Positions 1 through 10,520 of a stretch of 64,000 bases of DNA are shown here, in pieces. This stretch comes from Candidatus Wildermuthbacteria bacterium (lineage in GTDB: Bacteria > Patescibacteriota > Minisyncoccia > Minisyncoccales > PEYH01): positions 8,767-72,766 of the forward strand of contig JBBIKX010000001.1 of NCBI GenBank assembly GCA_037445205.1, written 5' to 3'. Position numbers and translations under genes: made by a program. The notes beneath the pieces are model-generated. The model was given only the letters and a program-made list of their open reading frames with translations. It did not search any database and was not told the origin of the DNA. Numbering within the stretch: position 1 is the first letter of the stretch; every line of letters starts with the position of its first letter.

Positions 1-121
1 GGGCGGAAAGGTGAAGGATTTGCCGGGCATAAGATATAAAATAGTAAGGGGAAGGCTGGATACTGCGGGCGTTGAGGGGAGGAAACAATCGCGCAGCAGG
101 TACGGCGCAAAGAAAGGATAA
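1..121 (+). CDS. rpsL: 30S ribosomal protein S12, C-terminal fragment (gene starts upstream of window)
   Basis: Frame 2 translates to [39 protein letters not shown], the conserved S12 C-terminus; followed by rpsG-fusA as in the str operon. Confidence 0.85.
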   Translation, partial: GGKVKDLPGIRYKIVRGRLDTAGVEGRKQSRSRYGAKKG

Positions 122-131
122 TTTTTAGAAA

Positions 132-590
132 ATGTCAAAAAGCAAAAAGAAAAGAGAAGTTGATCCGGATTATCTTTATGGAAGCTCTACAGTTGCCAAG
201 CTCATTAATTACATAATGAGAAAGGGCAAAAAAACCACAGCCCAGAAAATTGTTTATGGCGCTTTTGAGGTTTTAAAAGAAAAAACCAAGAAAGATCCGC
301 TTGAGGTTTTTGAAAGCGCTTTGCAAAATGCAGCGCCGATTTTGGAGGTAAGACCAAAAAGGATTGGGGGAGCGACATATCAGGTGCCAGTGGAAGTAAC
401 GCCCAAAAGAAGATTGATTCTGGCAACTCGCTGGATTATAGCGGCTGCGAAAACAAGGAAGGGGCCTATGAAAAATAATCTGGCGACAGAGATTCTTGAA
501 GCGGCCAACAATACAGGATCGGCAATCAGAAAGAAAGAAAACACTCATAAAATGGCCGAGGCAAACCGCGCTTTCGCTCATTTTGCCTAA
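132..590 (+). CDS. rpsG: 30S ribosomal protein S7
   Basis: 152 aa; S7 family motifs; str operon context. Confidence 0.95.
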   Translation: MSKSKKKREVDPDYLYGSSTVAKLINYIMRKGKKTTAQKIVYGAFEVLKEKTKKDPLEVFESALQNAAPILEVRPKRIGGATYQVPVEVTPKRRLILATRWIIAAAKTRKGPMKNNLATEILEAANNTGSAIRKKENTHKMAEANRAFAHFA

Positions 591-651
591 TATGGTAAAT
601 ATTTGCATTTAAGGCAGAACTGCCTTTTTTAATTGTAAAATTATAAAACTT

Positions 652-2772
652 ATGCCAAGAACCCATTCCTTAGAAAGATATAGAAATATAGGCATTATTG
701 CCCACATTGACGCAGGAAAAACAACAGTTTCCGAACGCGTTTTATTTTACACGGGAATTTCTCACAAAATCGGAGAAGTTCATGAAGGAGCAACAATTAT
801 GGATTGGATGGAGCAGGAAAGGGAAAGGGGGATTACCATCACCGCGGCCGCCACCACTTGTTTTTGGGTTCCGGTTGAAAAAGAAACCGGACAGGATAAT
901 CAGGAAAGGCAAAAAAATCAGTATAGAATAAATATTATTGATACTCCCGGGCATATTGATTTTACAGCGGAGGTGCAGAGATCTTTGAGAGTGCTGGACG
1001 GGGCAGTGGTTGTGTTTGACGGAGTGGCGGGGGTTGAAGCGCAATCAGAAACCGTCTGGCGCCAAGCCGACAAGTTTAAAGTTCCAAGAGTCTGCTTCAT
1101 AAACAAATTAGACAGAATGGGCGCTTCGTTTGAAAACAGCCTGCAGTCAATTCGGGACAAGCTCACTCCCAATGCCGTGGCTATTCAAATTCCCATCGGC
1201 ATTGAATCCACTTTTAAAGGAGTGATAAATCTTATTACAATGAAGGCCTTAAGGTTTGAGGGAGAGCATGGAGAAAAAGTGATTATAGAAGAAATCCCTC
1301 AAGATTTGAAGGAAGAAGCGAATAAACGGAGAAAGCAAATGCTTGAAAAAATAGTTGCCGAAGATCATGATTTGCTTGAAAAATATCTGGCCAACCAAGA
1401 AATTTCTCCCTCAGAAATAAGAAACACCTTAAGAAAAAGCGTCATCAACTACAAATTAGTTCCCGTACTTTGTGGTTCCGCCCTGAAGAACAAAGGAGTG
1501 CAGGGATTGCTTGATGCCGTTATTTATTATCTTCCAAATCCTCTTGATTTGCCTCCGGTTCAGGGGACTGATCCAAAAACAGGAGAAATAGTTGAGAGAA
1601 AATCAGAAGACAATGAGCCATTTTCTGCTCTGGCTTTTAAAATTGCCACAGACCCATTCGTGGGAACATTAACTTATTTTAGAGTTTATTCAGGAACGCT
1701 TAAGGCGGGTTCCACTATTTTTAACACTACCACCCAAGAAAAAGTGCGACTTGGAAGAATTGTAAGAATGCATGCCAATCACAGAGAAGACATAACAGAG
1801 CTTTATGCGGGAGATCTGGCAGCGGCTGTCGGTTTAAAAAATGTAAGCACCGGTCATACTCTGTGCGATATGGATCGTTTGATCGTTCTTGAAAAAATAA
1901 CCTTTCCCGAGCCGGTTATTTCTATCAGAATTGAGCCCAAGACCAAGGCCGATCAGGAAAAAATGGATACTGCCCTTAGAAAATTGGCTGAAGAAGATCC
2001 GACTTTCAGAATTAAAGTTGATCCCGAAACTGAAGAGACCATTATTTCCGGCATGGGAGAACTTCATTTGGAAATTATCGTTGAAAGAATGAAAAGAGAA
2101 TTTCAGGTTGAAGCCAATGTTGGAAAACCCCAAGTTGCTTATAAAGAAACAATTACCATGCAGGCCGAAGCAGAAGGAAAATATATCAGGCAGAGTGGAG
2201 GCAGGGGGCAGTATGGTCATGTCTGGATTACTGTTGAGCCAAGAGAGAGGGGAGAAGGATATGAATTCGTTGATAAAATCAAGGGAGGCATTATTCCAAG
2301 AGAATTTATTCCCGCCGCAGAAAAAGGGATAAAAGAGGCGCTGGAGAAAGGAGTAGTCGCAGGGTACCCTTTGGTTGATATTTTGGTTACTCTTTTTGAT
2401 GGTTCTTTTCACGATGTCGATTCGTCGGAAGCTGCTTTTAAAATCGCAGGTTCCATTGCCCTGCAGGATGCGGTTAAAAAAGCAAAGCCGGTGCTTTTGG
2501 AGCCCGTTATGAAGCTTGAAGCGGCTTTTCCTTCGGAATATTTTGGAAGCGTAATCGGCGATTTAAATTCCCGGAGAGGAAAAGTCTTTGAGACGCTGGA
2601 CAGAATGAATTTAAAAATCGCCAGAGCATATCTGCCCTTGGCGGAAATGTTTGGCTATGCGACCACGATCAGATCATTGACTCAGGGGCGCGGATCATTT
2701 ACTATGGAATTTGACCATTATGCGCAGGTTCCATCAAACATCGCGCAAAATTTAATGGGAGTAAAAAAATAA
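652..2772 (+). CDS. fusA: Elongation factor G
   Basis: 706 aa; [13 protein letters not shown]1 motif, DTPGHIDF; EF-G domain order. Confidence 0.97.
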   Translation: MPRTHSLERYRNIGIIAHIDAGKTTVSERVLFYTGISHKIGEVHEGATIMDWMEQERERGITITAAATTCFWVPVEKETGQDNQERQKNQYRINIIDTPGHIDFTAEVQRSLRVLDGAVVVFDGVAGVEAQSETVWRQADKFKVPRVCFINKLDRMGASFENSLQSIRDKLTPNAVAIQIPIGIESTFKGVINLITMKALRFEGEHGEKVIIEEIPQDLKEEANKRRKQMLEKIVAEDHDLLEKYLANQEISPSEIRNTLRKSVINYKLVPVLCGSALKNKGVQGLLDAVIYYLPNPLDLPPVQGTDPKTGEIVERKSEDNEPFSALAFKIATDPFVGTLTYFRVYSGTLKAGSTIFNTTTQEKVRLGRIVRMHANHREDITELYAGDLAAAVGLKNVSTGHTLCDMDRLIVLEKITFPEPVISIRIEPKTKADQEKMDTALRKLAEEDPTFRIKVDPETEETIISGMGELHLEIIVERMKREFQVEANVGKPQVAYKETITMQAEAEGKYIRQSGGRGQYGHVWITVEPRERGEGYEFVDKIKGGIIPREFIPAAEKGIKEALEKGVVAGYPLVDILVTLFDGSFHDVDSSEAAFKIAGSIALQDAVKKAKPVLLEPVMKLEAAFPSEYFGSVIGDLNSRRGKVFETLDRMNLKIARAYLPLAEMFGYATTIRSLTQGRGSFTMEFDHYAQVPSNIAQNLMGVKK

Positions 2773-2776
2773 ACAT

Positions 2777-3049
2777 ATGGATTTCAGCTTGATTAAAAGA
2801 ATACTGGCCAAAGAAAAAACAAAAATTGTCATCGTGGAAAACGGCGTACCCACAATGATTATTTCAAGCATTGAAGATTATCTTTCAGGAGAAGAGAAAA
2901 CCGCCAAAGAAAAAATCGGCATGGAAAAAATCGGCATGGAGGAAAAAAAAGAAAGCTTTTTATCCGCTCCCAAGAGAGAAGAAGATGTTTTTTTGCCCAA
3001 AAGCGGGGAATTTACCGAGGAGCTGACTATTGATGATTTGCCTCTTTAG
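2777..3049 (+). CDS. Small acidic hypothetical protein; N-terminus resembles Phd/YefM antitoxin fold (weak)
   Basis: 90 aa ORF between fusA and tuf; N-terminal KIVIVENGVPTMIISSIEDY pattern; acidic C-terminal tail; contains EKIGMEKIGME tandem duplication. Confidence 0.4.
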   Translation: MDFSLIKRILAKEKTKIVIVENGVPTMIISSIEDYLSGEEKTAKEKIGMEKIGMEEKKESFLSAPKREEDVFLPKSGEFTEELTIDDLPL

Positions 3050-3093
3050 TGCTATATTCTGTATGAGCGTCACTTGATGATTGATTTCTGTTA

Positions 3094-3130
3094 TCAATCC
3101 TTGGGCGCAAAAAGGATTGACTTTTATTTT
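3094..3130 (+). terminator. Intrinsic terminator after small ORF (stem TCAATCCTT/AAGGATTGA plus T-run)
   Basis: 9-bp perfect stem, 9-nt loop, followed by CTTTTATTTT. Confidence 0.55.
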
Positions 3131-3144
3131 AAAAATAATATAAT
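3117..3144 (+). promoter_or_regulatory. Sigma70-like promoter for tuf (TTGACT - 16 nt - TATAAT)
   Basis: Near-consensus -35/-10 hexamers about 30 nt upstream of tuf ATG. Confidence 0.5.
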
Positions 3145-3172
3145 TAAAAAAAATTAAACAAAATTAATACAT

Positions 3173-4372
3173 ATGGCAGAAAAAGAAAAATTTGAGCGCA
3201 CAAAACCGCACCTTAATGTAGGAACCATTGGGCATGTTGATCATGGAAAAACTACACTAACGGCTGCAATTTTAAAAGTCCTGAAACTTAAGGGTCTTAG
3301 AGCGTCTGAAAAAGACGTTGATCAAATTGACTCGGCGCCGGAAGAAAAAGCGAGAGGACTTACAATCAACATCACTCACGTTGAATATGAAAGCGACAAA
3401 AGGCATTACGCCCACATTGACTGTCCGGGGCACGCCGATTACATCAAAAATATGATTACAGGCGCAGCCCAGATGGATGGGGCTGTTCTTGTTGTTTCAG
3501 CGGTGGATGGCCCGATGCCTCAAACTCGCGAACACATACTTTTAGCAAGACAGGTGGGCGTTCCCGCAATCGTTGTATTCTTAAACAAATGCGATTCGGT
3601 GGATGATCCAGAAATGATTAATCTTGTGGAATCTGAGATAAGAGAGCTTTTGAAGAAATATAATTTCCCCGGAGATCAGACTCCCATTATCAGGGGATCT
3701 GCGCTTAAAGCCCTTGAGGCAAAATCTGCTGATGATGAATCTGCAAAGCCCATTCTTGAATTGGCAAAAGCACTTGATGAACACGTGCCTGAGCCGGTCA
3801 GAGAAAAAGACAAGCCATTTTTAATGGCCGTTGAAGATGTTTTCTCAATTGCGGGCAGAGGCACTGTTGCTACAGGAAGAGTTGAAAGGGGAATGGTAAA
3901 ATCCGGCGAGGAAATAGAAATAGTCGGGATCAAGCCCACAAGCAAAACAACGGTTGTGAGCATTGAGATGTTTAATAAAATCCTTGACGAAGGATTTGCC
4001 GGAGACAATGTTGGAATTCTTTTAAGGGGTCTTAAAAAGGAGGACATCGAGAGAGGGCAGGTTTTGGCAAAAACCGGCTCAATCACCCCTCATGCCGAAG
4101 TTGATGCAGAGGTTTATATTTTGACAAAAGAAGAGGGCGGAAGACACACGCCGTTTTTTGCCGGCTACAAGCCCCAATTTTACGCCCGAACAGCGGATAT
4201 TACCGGAGAGGTGACTCTTCCTCAGGGAACAGAAATGGTTATGCCCGGTGATACCGTCAATTTGAAAATTAAATTGATTGTGCCGGTGGCCATTGAAGAA
4301 AAACAAAGATTTGCCATCAGAGAAGGAGGAAAAACAGTGGGCGCGGGAGTAGTCACAAAAATAATCAATTAG
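3173..4372 (+). CDS. tuf: Elongation factor Tu
   Basis: 399 aa; [22 protein letters not shown] motifs. Confidence 0.97.
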   Translation: MAEKEKFERTKPHLNVGTIGHVDHGKTTLTAAILKVLKLKGLRASEKDVDQIDSAPEEKARGLTINITHVEYESDKRHYAHIDCPGHADYIKNMITGAAQMDGAVLVVSAVDGPMPQTREHILLARQVGVPAIVVFLNKCDSVDDPEMINLVESEIRELLKKYNFPGDQTPIIRGSALKALEAKSADDESAKPILELAKALDEHVPEPVREKDKPFLMAVEDVFSIAGRGTVATGRVERGMVKSGEEIEIVGIKPTSKTTVVSIEMFNKILDEGFAGDNVGILLRGLKKEDIERGQVLAKTGSITPHAEVDAEVYILTKEEGGRHTPFFAGYKPQFYARTADITGEVTLPQGTEMVMPGDTVNLKIKLIVPVAIEEKQRFAIREGGKTVGAGVVTKIIN

Positions 4373-4396
4373 TTCTGGATTTTAAAAAATAAATAA

Positions 4397-4732
4397 ATGA
4401 TAGCCAAGAAAAAGCAAGAAGAAACAGTCAAGCCGCGACTTAGGATTAAGCTTAGGGCTTACGATTATAAAGTTTTAGACAAGAGCAGTCATCAAATAGT
4501 GGAAACTGCCTTGCGTCACGGCATTGAATTTTGCGGGCCTATTCCTTTGCCCACGGAAATTCACAAATACACCGTTAATCGCTCAAGCTTTATTCATAAA
4601 GACGCGAGAGAGCAGTTTGAAATGAGAATTCACAAAAGATTGATAGATGTTTCAAGCCCCAGCCAGAAGTTTATTGAAGCGCTGACAAGTCTGACTTTGC
4701 CGAGCGGAGTGGATGTACAGATCAAGATGTAG
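4397..4732 (+). CDS. rpsJ: 30S ribosomal protein S10
   Basis: 111 aa; RIKLRAYDYKVLD motif. Confidence 0.95.
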   Translation: MIAKKKQEETVKPRLRIKLRAYDYKVLDKSSHQIVETALRHGIEFCGPIPLPTEIHKYTVNRSSFIHKDAREQFEMRIHKRLIDVSSPSQKFIEALTSLTLPSGVDVQIKM

Positions 4733-4805
4733 AAAAAAGAGAAAAAATTAATTATGAGCAAATCATCTTAGGTTAAAAGAGGATTTTGGCAGCCACAAAG
4801 GTAAA

Positions 4806-4832
4806 ATACCGGGCGCAAAACCCGGTATTTCG
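4806..4832 (+). promoter_or_regulatory. Stem-loop (ATACCGGG/CCCGGTAT) plus U-tract between rpsJ and rplC; possible attenuator/terminator
   Basis: 8-bp perfect stem, 7-nt loop, then TTCGTTAAAAAG, in a 123-nt intergenic gap inside the S10 operon. Confidence 0.4.
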
Positions 4833-4855
4833 TTAAAAAGATATCAAAATAATTT

Positions 4856-5446
4856 ATGCCGTTTATCTTGGGAAAAAAAATTGGGATGGCGCAAGTGTGG
4901 CGGGACAAAAAGGTGGTGCCGGTTACAATTATCGGGGCCGGGCCTTGCGTTGTTACCCAATTAAAAAATCAGCGAAAAGACGGATATCAATCAATACAGA
5001 TCGGCTTTGAGAAAATCACCAAGGAAAAAAAGATTAAAAAAACGCAGAAAAACAAGCCATATAGATGGTTAAGGGAGTTCAAAAAAGATCCGGGCGAATA
5101 TAAGTTGGGCGATGTTCTGGACGTTTCAAGGTTTAAGATTGGAGAGAAAGTAAAGATTTCGGGCATTTCGAAAGGGAAAGGATTCCAGGGAGGAGTAAAA
5201 AGGTGGGGATTCGCGGGAAGGAATGCCACCCATGGAGTAAAGCATGAACATAGAACAATTGGTTCCACGGGGAGTTGTTTGCCCGAAAGAGTGAGAAAAG
5301 GAAAAAAAATGCCCGGCAGAATGGGACAGGACAGGATAACGGTAAAAAATCTGGAGATTATGGAAATTGATCAAGAGAAAAACTTGATTGCCGTCAAAGG
5401 AGCGGTTCCGGGCAGCAAAGATACATTATTAGAAATCAGGAATTAA
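4856..5446 (+). CDS. rplC: 50S ribosomal protein L3
   Basis: 196 aa; L3 family, operon position. Confidence 0.95.
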   Translation: MPFILGKKIGMAQVWRDKKVVPVTIIGAGPCVVTQLKNQRKDGYQSIQIGFEKITKEKKIKKTQKNKPYRWLREFKKDPGEYKLGDVLDVSRFKIGEKVKISGISKGKGFQGGVKRWGFAGRNATHGVKHEHRTIGSTGSCLPERVRKGKKMPGRMGQDRITVKNLEIMEIDQEKNLIAVKGAVPGSKDTLLEIRN

Positions 5447-5477
5447 ATAAAAACGGGGCAGTTTGTATTAAAATTTT

Positions 5478-6119
5478 ATGTTGACAGACGTTTACAATCA
5501 AAAAGGCGAAAAAACAGGGCAAGCGCAACTGCCCAAGGAGATTTTTGGAGTAAAATTCAGAGCTGATTTGGTGCATCAGGTGTTTTCTTCCATGGTTTCA
5601 AACAAAAGAAGGCCCATCGCTCACGCAAAAGACAGGGGAGAGGTGAGGGGCGGAGGGAAAAAGCCCTGGCGCCAGAAAGGAACGGGCAGGGCAAGACATG
5701 GTTCGATCAGGTCTCCTTTATGGAGAGGCGGCGGGGTTACTTTTGGTCCAAGAAACGAAAGAAATTTTAAAAAAAGCATACCTAAAAAAATGAAAAGGTC
5801 AGCGCTCTTTTCCGTTTTGTCAGCCAAATTAAAAGATAATGAAATTATTGTTTTAGATAATCTTTTCCTGAAAGAACCCAAAACAAAATTAATGGACGAA
5901 ATCCTTGATAATCTTAAAAAAGCCGGTTTAAAGCAAAAAAACTGCTTGATTATTCTTCCAAAAAAGGATAAAAATATAGGACTGGCAGCAAGGAATATCG
6001 CGAAAATAAAAACCGCCCAAATAAATAATTTTAACATTTTAGACATACTTTCGTTTAAATACCTGCTTTTTACAAAAGAAACCATCGGCGCGATGAAAGA
6101 AACATTGATAAAAGATTAA
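5478..6119 (+). CDS. rplD: 50S ribosomal protein L4
   Basis: 213 aa; operon position after L3. Confidence 0.93.
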   Translation: MLTDVYNQKGEKTGQAQLPKEIFGVKFRADLVHQVFSSMVSNKRRPIAHAKDRGEVRGGGKKPWRQKGTGRARHGSIRSPLWRGGGVTFGPRNERNFKKSIPKKMKRSALFSVLSAKLKDNEIIVLDNLFLKEPKTKLMDEILDNLKKAGLKQKNCLIILPKKDKNIGLAARNIAKIKTAQINNFNILDILSFKYLLFTKETIGAMKETLIKD

Positions 6120-6120
6120 T

Positions 6121-6525
6121 ATGGCTCCATTGAGAATTTTTAAACAAAAAAAAGAAAGCCCCAAAGAAAAAAAGAAAGAAGAAAAGAAAGAAACCGCAGA
6201 GAAGGTTGTCAAACAGGAAATTTCCAAACCAAGCAAAGTAAGAATGATTGCGTGGAGGGTTGTAAAAGCGCCTCATATTACAGAAAAGGCGACCATCGGG
6301 GAAGAAAGCCGCAGGTATATCTTTAAAATTTTTGAAAGGGCTAATAAGACTGAAACCAAAAAAGCCATTGAAGAAATTTTTAATGTGAAGGTTGAGAAAG
6401 TGAGGATTATTAATGTCCCAAGAAAAAAAAGACAGCGGGGAAGAGTGCGCGGATGGAAGGGGGGATATAAAAAAGCGATAGTGACGTTAAAAGAAGGATA
6501 TAAAATTGAAATTTTATCACGATGA
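6121..6525 (+). CDS. rplW: 50S ribosomal protein L23 (Lys-rich N-terminal extension)
   Basis: 134 aa; L23 core after K/E-rich N-terminus. Confidence 0.9.
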   Translation: MAPLRIFKQKKESPKEKKKEEKKETAEKVVKQEISKPSKVRMIAWRVVKAPHITEKATIGEESRRYIFKIFERANKTETKKAIEEIFNVKVEKVRIINVPRKKRQRGRVRGWKGGYKKAIVTLKEGYKIEILSR

Positions 6526-7352
6526 TAGGGTTTGGCAAAAAAAACATAAGCAGAGGGAAAAAGCTAAAAAGGATTGATCTTTCGGGATTATCTAAAAAGA
6601 AACCCCAAAAAAGCTTGATTTTTTCTTTGAAAAAAAAGTCGGGCAGAAATTTTCAGGGAAGGATTACAGTAAGGCATCGGGGCGGAGGATCAAAAAAATT
6701 TTATCGCATGATTGATTTTTCCCAGAAGAAAATGAACATTGCGGGAAAGGTAGCGGCCATTGAATATGATCCAAACAGGACGGCTTTTATTGCCTTGATA
6801 GAGTACCAAGACAAAACCAAGGGATATATTTTGGCTCCTCAAAAGCTGAAAGAGGGCGATGAGATAATAGTGTCTGAATCAGCGCCTATAAATCCCGCCA
6901 ACAGAATGAAGCTGAAAAATATACCCGTTGGAACAGAAGTCCATAACATTGAATTGCAGCCCTTTGGCGGGGGAAAAATTGTTCGCTCCGCGGGCAGCTC
7001 TGCAACTGTTTTGGCGCAGGAAGGAGGATATGCTCACCTTTTATTGCCCTCAAAAGAAATAAGGAAAATTCATAGCGAATGTTTTGCAAGCATCGGAGCG
7101 CTTTCTCATCAGGAGCATAGATTTATCCGCATTCCCAAAGCAGGCACGATGCGTCTTAAAGGCAGAAGGCCGCAGGTCAGGGGCACTGCGATGAATCCGG
7201 TTGATCATCCCCATGGCGGCGGAGAAGGAAGAACAGGAATTGGCATGCCCCATCCAAAAACTCCTTGGGGAAAGCCGGCCTTGGGAGTAAAAACAAGAAA
7301 GAGAAAACATACCAACCAGTTTATCCTTCAGAGAAGGTCAAAGAAAAAATAA
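6522..7352 (+). CDS. rplB: 50S ribosomal protein L2
   Basis: 276 aa; GRNxxGRITxRHRGGG motif. Confidence 0.95.
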   Translation: MIGFGKKNISRGKKLKRIDLSGLSKKKPQKSLIFSLKKKSGRNFQGRITVRHRGGGSKKFYRMIDFSQKKMNIAGKVAAIEYDPNRTAFIALIEYQDKTKGYILAPQKLKEGDEIIVSESAPINPANRMKLKNIPVGTEVHNIELQPFGGGKIVRSAGSSATVLAQEGGYAHLLLPSKEIRKIHSECFASIGALSHQEHRFIRIPKAGTMRLKGRRPQVRGTAMNPVDHPHGGGEGRTGIGMPHPKTPWGKPALGVKTRKRKHTNQFILQRRSKKK

Positions 7353-7388
7353 CAAACAACCAACAATTAATAAATTATTTTAATTATT

Positions 7389-7730
7389 ATGGCGAGATCA
7401 TTAAAGAAAGGCCCATACATTGATAAAAAACTGATAGAAAAGATTAAAAAAACTGCGCCGGATTCGAAAACCATTATCAAAACATGGGCAAGGGATTGCA
7501 CCATTGTTCCGGAGATGATCGGGCGGTCCATTAATGTCCATAACGGGAAAGATTTTATAACCGTAAAGATAAGCGAAGAAATGGTTGGACATAGATTGGG
7601 AGAGTTTTCGCCGACTACGAAATTCGTAAGGCATGGAGGGAAAATGCAGAGAGATTTAGAGGCAAAAACCGAAGCAAGGGCGTTGCCTCAAAAAGAGACA
7701 GCAGGATTGCCCAAAGATAACAAAAAATAA
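7389..7730 (+). CDS. rpsS: 30S ribosomal protein S19
   Basis: 113 aa; MARSLKKGPYID N-terminus. Confidence 0.95.
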   Translation: MARSLKKGPYIDKKLIEKIKKTAPDSKTIIKTWARDCTIVPEMIGRSINVHNGKDFITVKISEEMVGHRLGEFSPTTKFVRHGGKMQRDLEAKTEARALPQKETAGLPKDNKK

Positions 7731-7738
7731 TCGCTTGT

Positions 7739-8161
7739 ATGGAAAAAAAAGATGTAGTGGCAAAATTAAATCATTTGAGGGTCGCGCCAAGAAAAGCAAT
7801 GCTTGTGGTTGATTTGATAAGGGGAAAGTCAATTAAAGAGGCGCTTGCTGTTTTGGATTTAGCCAATAAAAAATCAGCCCTGCCCGTTAAGAAATTATTG
7901 AACTCCGCCCTTGCCAACGCTAAAAATAATTTTCATTTAAGCGAAGAAAATTTATATATTTCAAAAATAGTCGTCAATCAGGGCCCAAAATTAAAAAGGT
8001 GGATTGCAAGGTCAAGAGGGCAGGCAAATGAAATCCAGAAGAAGACCAGCCATATTATTCTCGTGCTTTCAGAAAAAAAGAAACCAAAAAGCCCAAAAGA
8101 AAGGAAAATTGACAAAGGCGATAAAAAGCAAATTAAAAATAAAAAGAAGTGGAATAAGTAG
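7739..8161 (+). CDS. rplV: 50S ribosomal protein L22 (Lys-rich C-terminal tail)
   Basis: 140 aa; L22 core; operon position. Confidence 0.93.
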   Translation: MEKKDVVAKLNHLRVAPRKAMLVVDLIRGKSIKEALAVLDLANKKSALPVKKLLNSALANAKNNFHLSEENLYISKIVVNQGPKLKRWIARSRGQANEIQKKTSHIILVLSEKKKPKSPKERKIDKGDKKQIKNKKKWNK

Positions 8162-8175
8162 CATTTATTTATCTT

Positions 8176-8874
8176 ATGGCACACAAGGCTAATCAAAAAA
8201 GTTTAAGAATTGGATATATCGAGGGTTGGGATTCGCGCTGGATAAGCAATCAAAAGTTTCCCAAATATCTGGAGGAGGATTTTTTGATCCGCCGATTTCT
8301 TGAGAAAAAGCTGAGAGATGGAGCGGTGGAGAAGATAGAGATAGAGCGTTTCCCCGGGAAATTGAATATTGCCATTAATACTGCCAGACCGGGCTTGATA
8401 ATCGGGAGGGGAGGAAGGGGAGTTGAGGATCTGAAGGTTGCCATAGAAAAACTTTTGCTCAAAAAAAATGATTCAAAAAAAGAAGCAAGAGGAGTAAGAA
8501 TAGAGATAAAGGAAATAAAGAATCCCTGGATCAGCGCTCCTGTTGTCGCCCAGTGGGCGGCCCAGAGAATAGAAAAAAGATTACCTTATAGAAGAGTGTT
8601 GAAAGAGGCATTATCCAGAGTGATTAATTATAAAGAAGTTCAGGGAGTAAAAATTGAAGTATCAGGGAGACTAAACGGAGTTACCATTGCAAGAAGGGAA
8701 TGGATGCAGAAAGGCAAATTGCCAAGGCAAACTCTGAGGGCAGATATTGATTATGGCTTTGCGCAGGCATATTGCACTTACGGAGTAATAGGAGTAAAAG
8801 TATGGATATATAAAGGAGAGAAGTTTCAACCCCAAGGATTAAAAAACCACAATGCTTTATCCAAAAAAGGTTAA
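8176..8874 (+). CDS. rpsC: 30S ribosomal protein S3
   Basis: 232 aa; KH domain region GLIIGRGG. Confidence 0.95.
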   Translation: MAHKANQKSLRIGYIEGWDSRWISNQKFPKYLEEDFLIRRFLEKKLRDGAVEKIEIERFPGKLNIAINTARPGLIIGRGGRGVEDLKVAIEKLLLKKNDSKKEARGVRIEIKEIKNPWISAPVVAQWAAQRIEKRLPYRRVLKEALSRVINYKEVQGVKIEVSGRLNGVTIARREWMQKGKLPRQTLRADIDYGFAQAYCTYGVIGVKVWIYKGEKFQPQGLKNHNALSKKG

Positions 8875-9259
8875 ATATAGGAAAATGCAGAGAGGAAAAA
8901 GCAAAGGCATAGAGAGCCGGGGCGTAGATTTGTCCTTTGGTCAGTTTGGATTGAAAGCGCTTGAAGCCCAGTGGATAACGGCGCGCCAGCTTGAAGCGGC
9001 AAGAAGAACAATAGTTTACTATCTTAGAAAGGGCGGAAAGCTTTGGATAAGAATTTTTCCCGATAAACCTGTTACCAGCAAAGGCGTTGAAGTTCCCATG
9101 GGCGGAGGGAAGGGAGCGGTAAGTCATTATGTTTTTTCCGTGAGGCCGGGTAGAATTATTTTTGAGTTGGCAGGCGTTGATGAAAGTATTGCGCGGGAAG
9201 CTTTCACAAAAGCGGCGGCAAAATTCCCCATTAAAACAAAGTTTATAAAAAAGGATTAA
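8852..9259 (+). CDS. rplP: 50S ribosomal protein L16
   Basis: 135 aa; [12 protein letters not shown]-terminus. Confidence 0.95.
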   Translation: MLYPKKVKYRKMQRGKSKGIESRGVDLSFGQFGLKALEAQWITARQLEAARRTIVYYLRKGGKLWIRIFPDKPVTSKGVEVPMGGGKGAVSHYVFSVRPGRIIFELAGVDESIAREAFTKAAAKFPIKTKFIKKD

Positions 9260-9325
9260 TCCCCGCGTCCGGAGGAGCATTGACAGAAACGGTAAAAATC
9301 ATTATGAAAGAGTTTTAAAATATAA

Positions 9326-9532
9326 ATGATAAAAACAAAGATAAAAGAATTAAGAAGTAAAAATAAAGAAGATTTAGGTCGGCTGCTTTTAAACTTGCGA
9401 GAAAAGCTAAGGCAATTAAAATTTGATTTGGCTTCGGGGAAAATTAAGAATGTAAGCGAAATAAGAAAAATAAGAAAAGAAATAGCCCAGATTTTGACGG
9501 TTCTTGAAGAACATACGGATCAAAAAGTTTAA
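9326..9532 (+). CDS. rpmC: 50S ribosomal protein L29
   Basis: 68 aa helical protein; operon position. Confidence 0.85.
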   Translation: MIKTKIKELRSKNKEDLGRLLLNLREKLRQLKFDLASGKIKNVSEIRKIRKEIAQILTVLEEHTDQKV

Positions 9533-9553
9533 TAATTTTTACATACAGCCAAT

Positions 9554-9787
9554 ATGGCAAAAAAGAAATTAATCGGAAAAATCGTCTCTTCTAAAATGCA
9601 GAAAACAGTCGTTGTAGAGGTTGAAAGAATGAAATTTCATTCCAAGTTTAAAGTGCGCCATAAAATGCATAAGAGGTATAAAGTTCATAATGAGGATCCA
9701 GAATATAAGGTGGGGGATAGGGTGATTATTGAAGAATCTTTGCCAATCAGCAAAGAAAAGAGATGGAGGATTATAAATAAGGTTTAA
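9554..9787 (+). CDS. rpsQ: 30S ribosomal protein S17
   Basis: 77 aa; operon position. Confidence 0.9.
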   Translation: MAKKKLIGKIVSSKMQKTVVVEVERMKFHSKFKVRHKMHKRYKVHNEDPEYKVGDRVIIEESLPISKEKRWRIINKV

Positions 9788-9815
9788 TTTTTAATTCAAG
9801 GCGATAATCAAAGCT

Positions 9816-10187
9816 ATGATTCAATTAAGAACAATGCTGACCGTTGCGGACAATACCGGAGCAAAAATAGTGCAGTGCATCCGTGTTTTGGGCGGGAGTA
9901 CGCGCCGATACGCTCGATTGGGTGATATCATAGTTGCGGCTGTCAAAAAAGCAGAACCAAGAAAAATTGTTAAAAACCACGAGGTAGTAAGGGCGGTAGT
10001 GGTCAGGCAAAGGAAAGCGTATAGAAGGGTTGATGGTTCTTACATAAAGTTTGATGAAAATGCGGTGGTGATTTTAGATGGCAAAACAAAAAATCCAAAA
10101 GGGGGGAGAATTTTCGGACCGATCCCCCGCGAGATAAAAGAAAAAGGTTTTGAAAAAATTATAACCCTTTCTCCGGAAGTTGTATAA
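9816..10187 (+). CDS. rplN: 50S ribosomal protein L14
   Basis: 123 aa; [17 protein letters not shown]. Confidence 0.95.
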   Translation: MIQLRTMLTVADNTGAKIVQCIRVLGGSTRRYARLGDIIVAAVKKAEPRKIVKNHEVVRAVVVRQRKAYRRVDGSYIKFDENAVVILDGKTKNPKGGRIFGPIPREIKEKGFEKIITLSPEVV

Positions 10188-10211
10188 ATTTAAGACGATA
10201 AACTAATTTTT

Positions 10212-10520
10212 ATGAAGTTGAAAAAAAGCGATACAGTATTAATAATATCGGGAGATGACAGGGCAAAGAAGGGAAAGATCATAAAAGTTATACCATCAAA
10301 GCAAAAAATTGTGGTGGAGGGCGTGAGCATTCAGAGGAGACATCAGAGGCCGAAAAAAGAAGGAGAAAAAGGGCAAATTGTAGAAAAGCCGGCGCCTATT
10401 TCTGCCTCTAATGCAAAATTGATTTGCCCGCGATGTCAAAAACCAACCATGATATCGCGAAAAATAATGCAGAATAAAAAAAGAAGAGTGTGTAAAAAGT
10501 GCAATCAAATGATTGACTAA
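10212..10520 (+). CDS. rplX: 50S ribosomal protein L24 with C-terminal Cys4 zinc-ribbon in place of the usual tail
   Basis: 102 aa; KOW N-terminus; C-terminal CPRC...CKKC. Confidence 0.85.
   Translation: MKLKKSDTVLIISGDDRAKKGKIIKVIPSKQKIVVEGVSIQRRHQRPKKEGEKGQIVEKPAPISASNAKLICPRCQKPTMISRKIMQNKKRRVCKKCNQMID

Noticed and set aside
205-608. Antisense ORFs (73 and 111 aa) overlapping rpsG
   Set aside because: Lie entirely inside a strongly supported r-protein gene on the opposite strand; low-complexity translations; typical spurious ORFs in AT-rich DNA.
1834-2412. 192-aa minus-strand ORF inside fusA
   Set aside because: Embedded antisense to EF-G; no start context, no motifs.
3676-4086. 136-aa minus-strand ORF inside tuf
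   Set aside because: Antisense to EF-Tu; spurious.
6121-8161. Lys/Glu-rich low-complexity stretches in L23, L2, L22 (and S9) considered as repeats or mobile insertions
   Set aside because: These are in-frame N- or C-terminal extensions characteristic of CPR ribosomal proteins, not DNA-level repeats.
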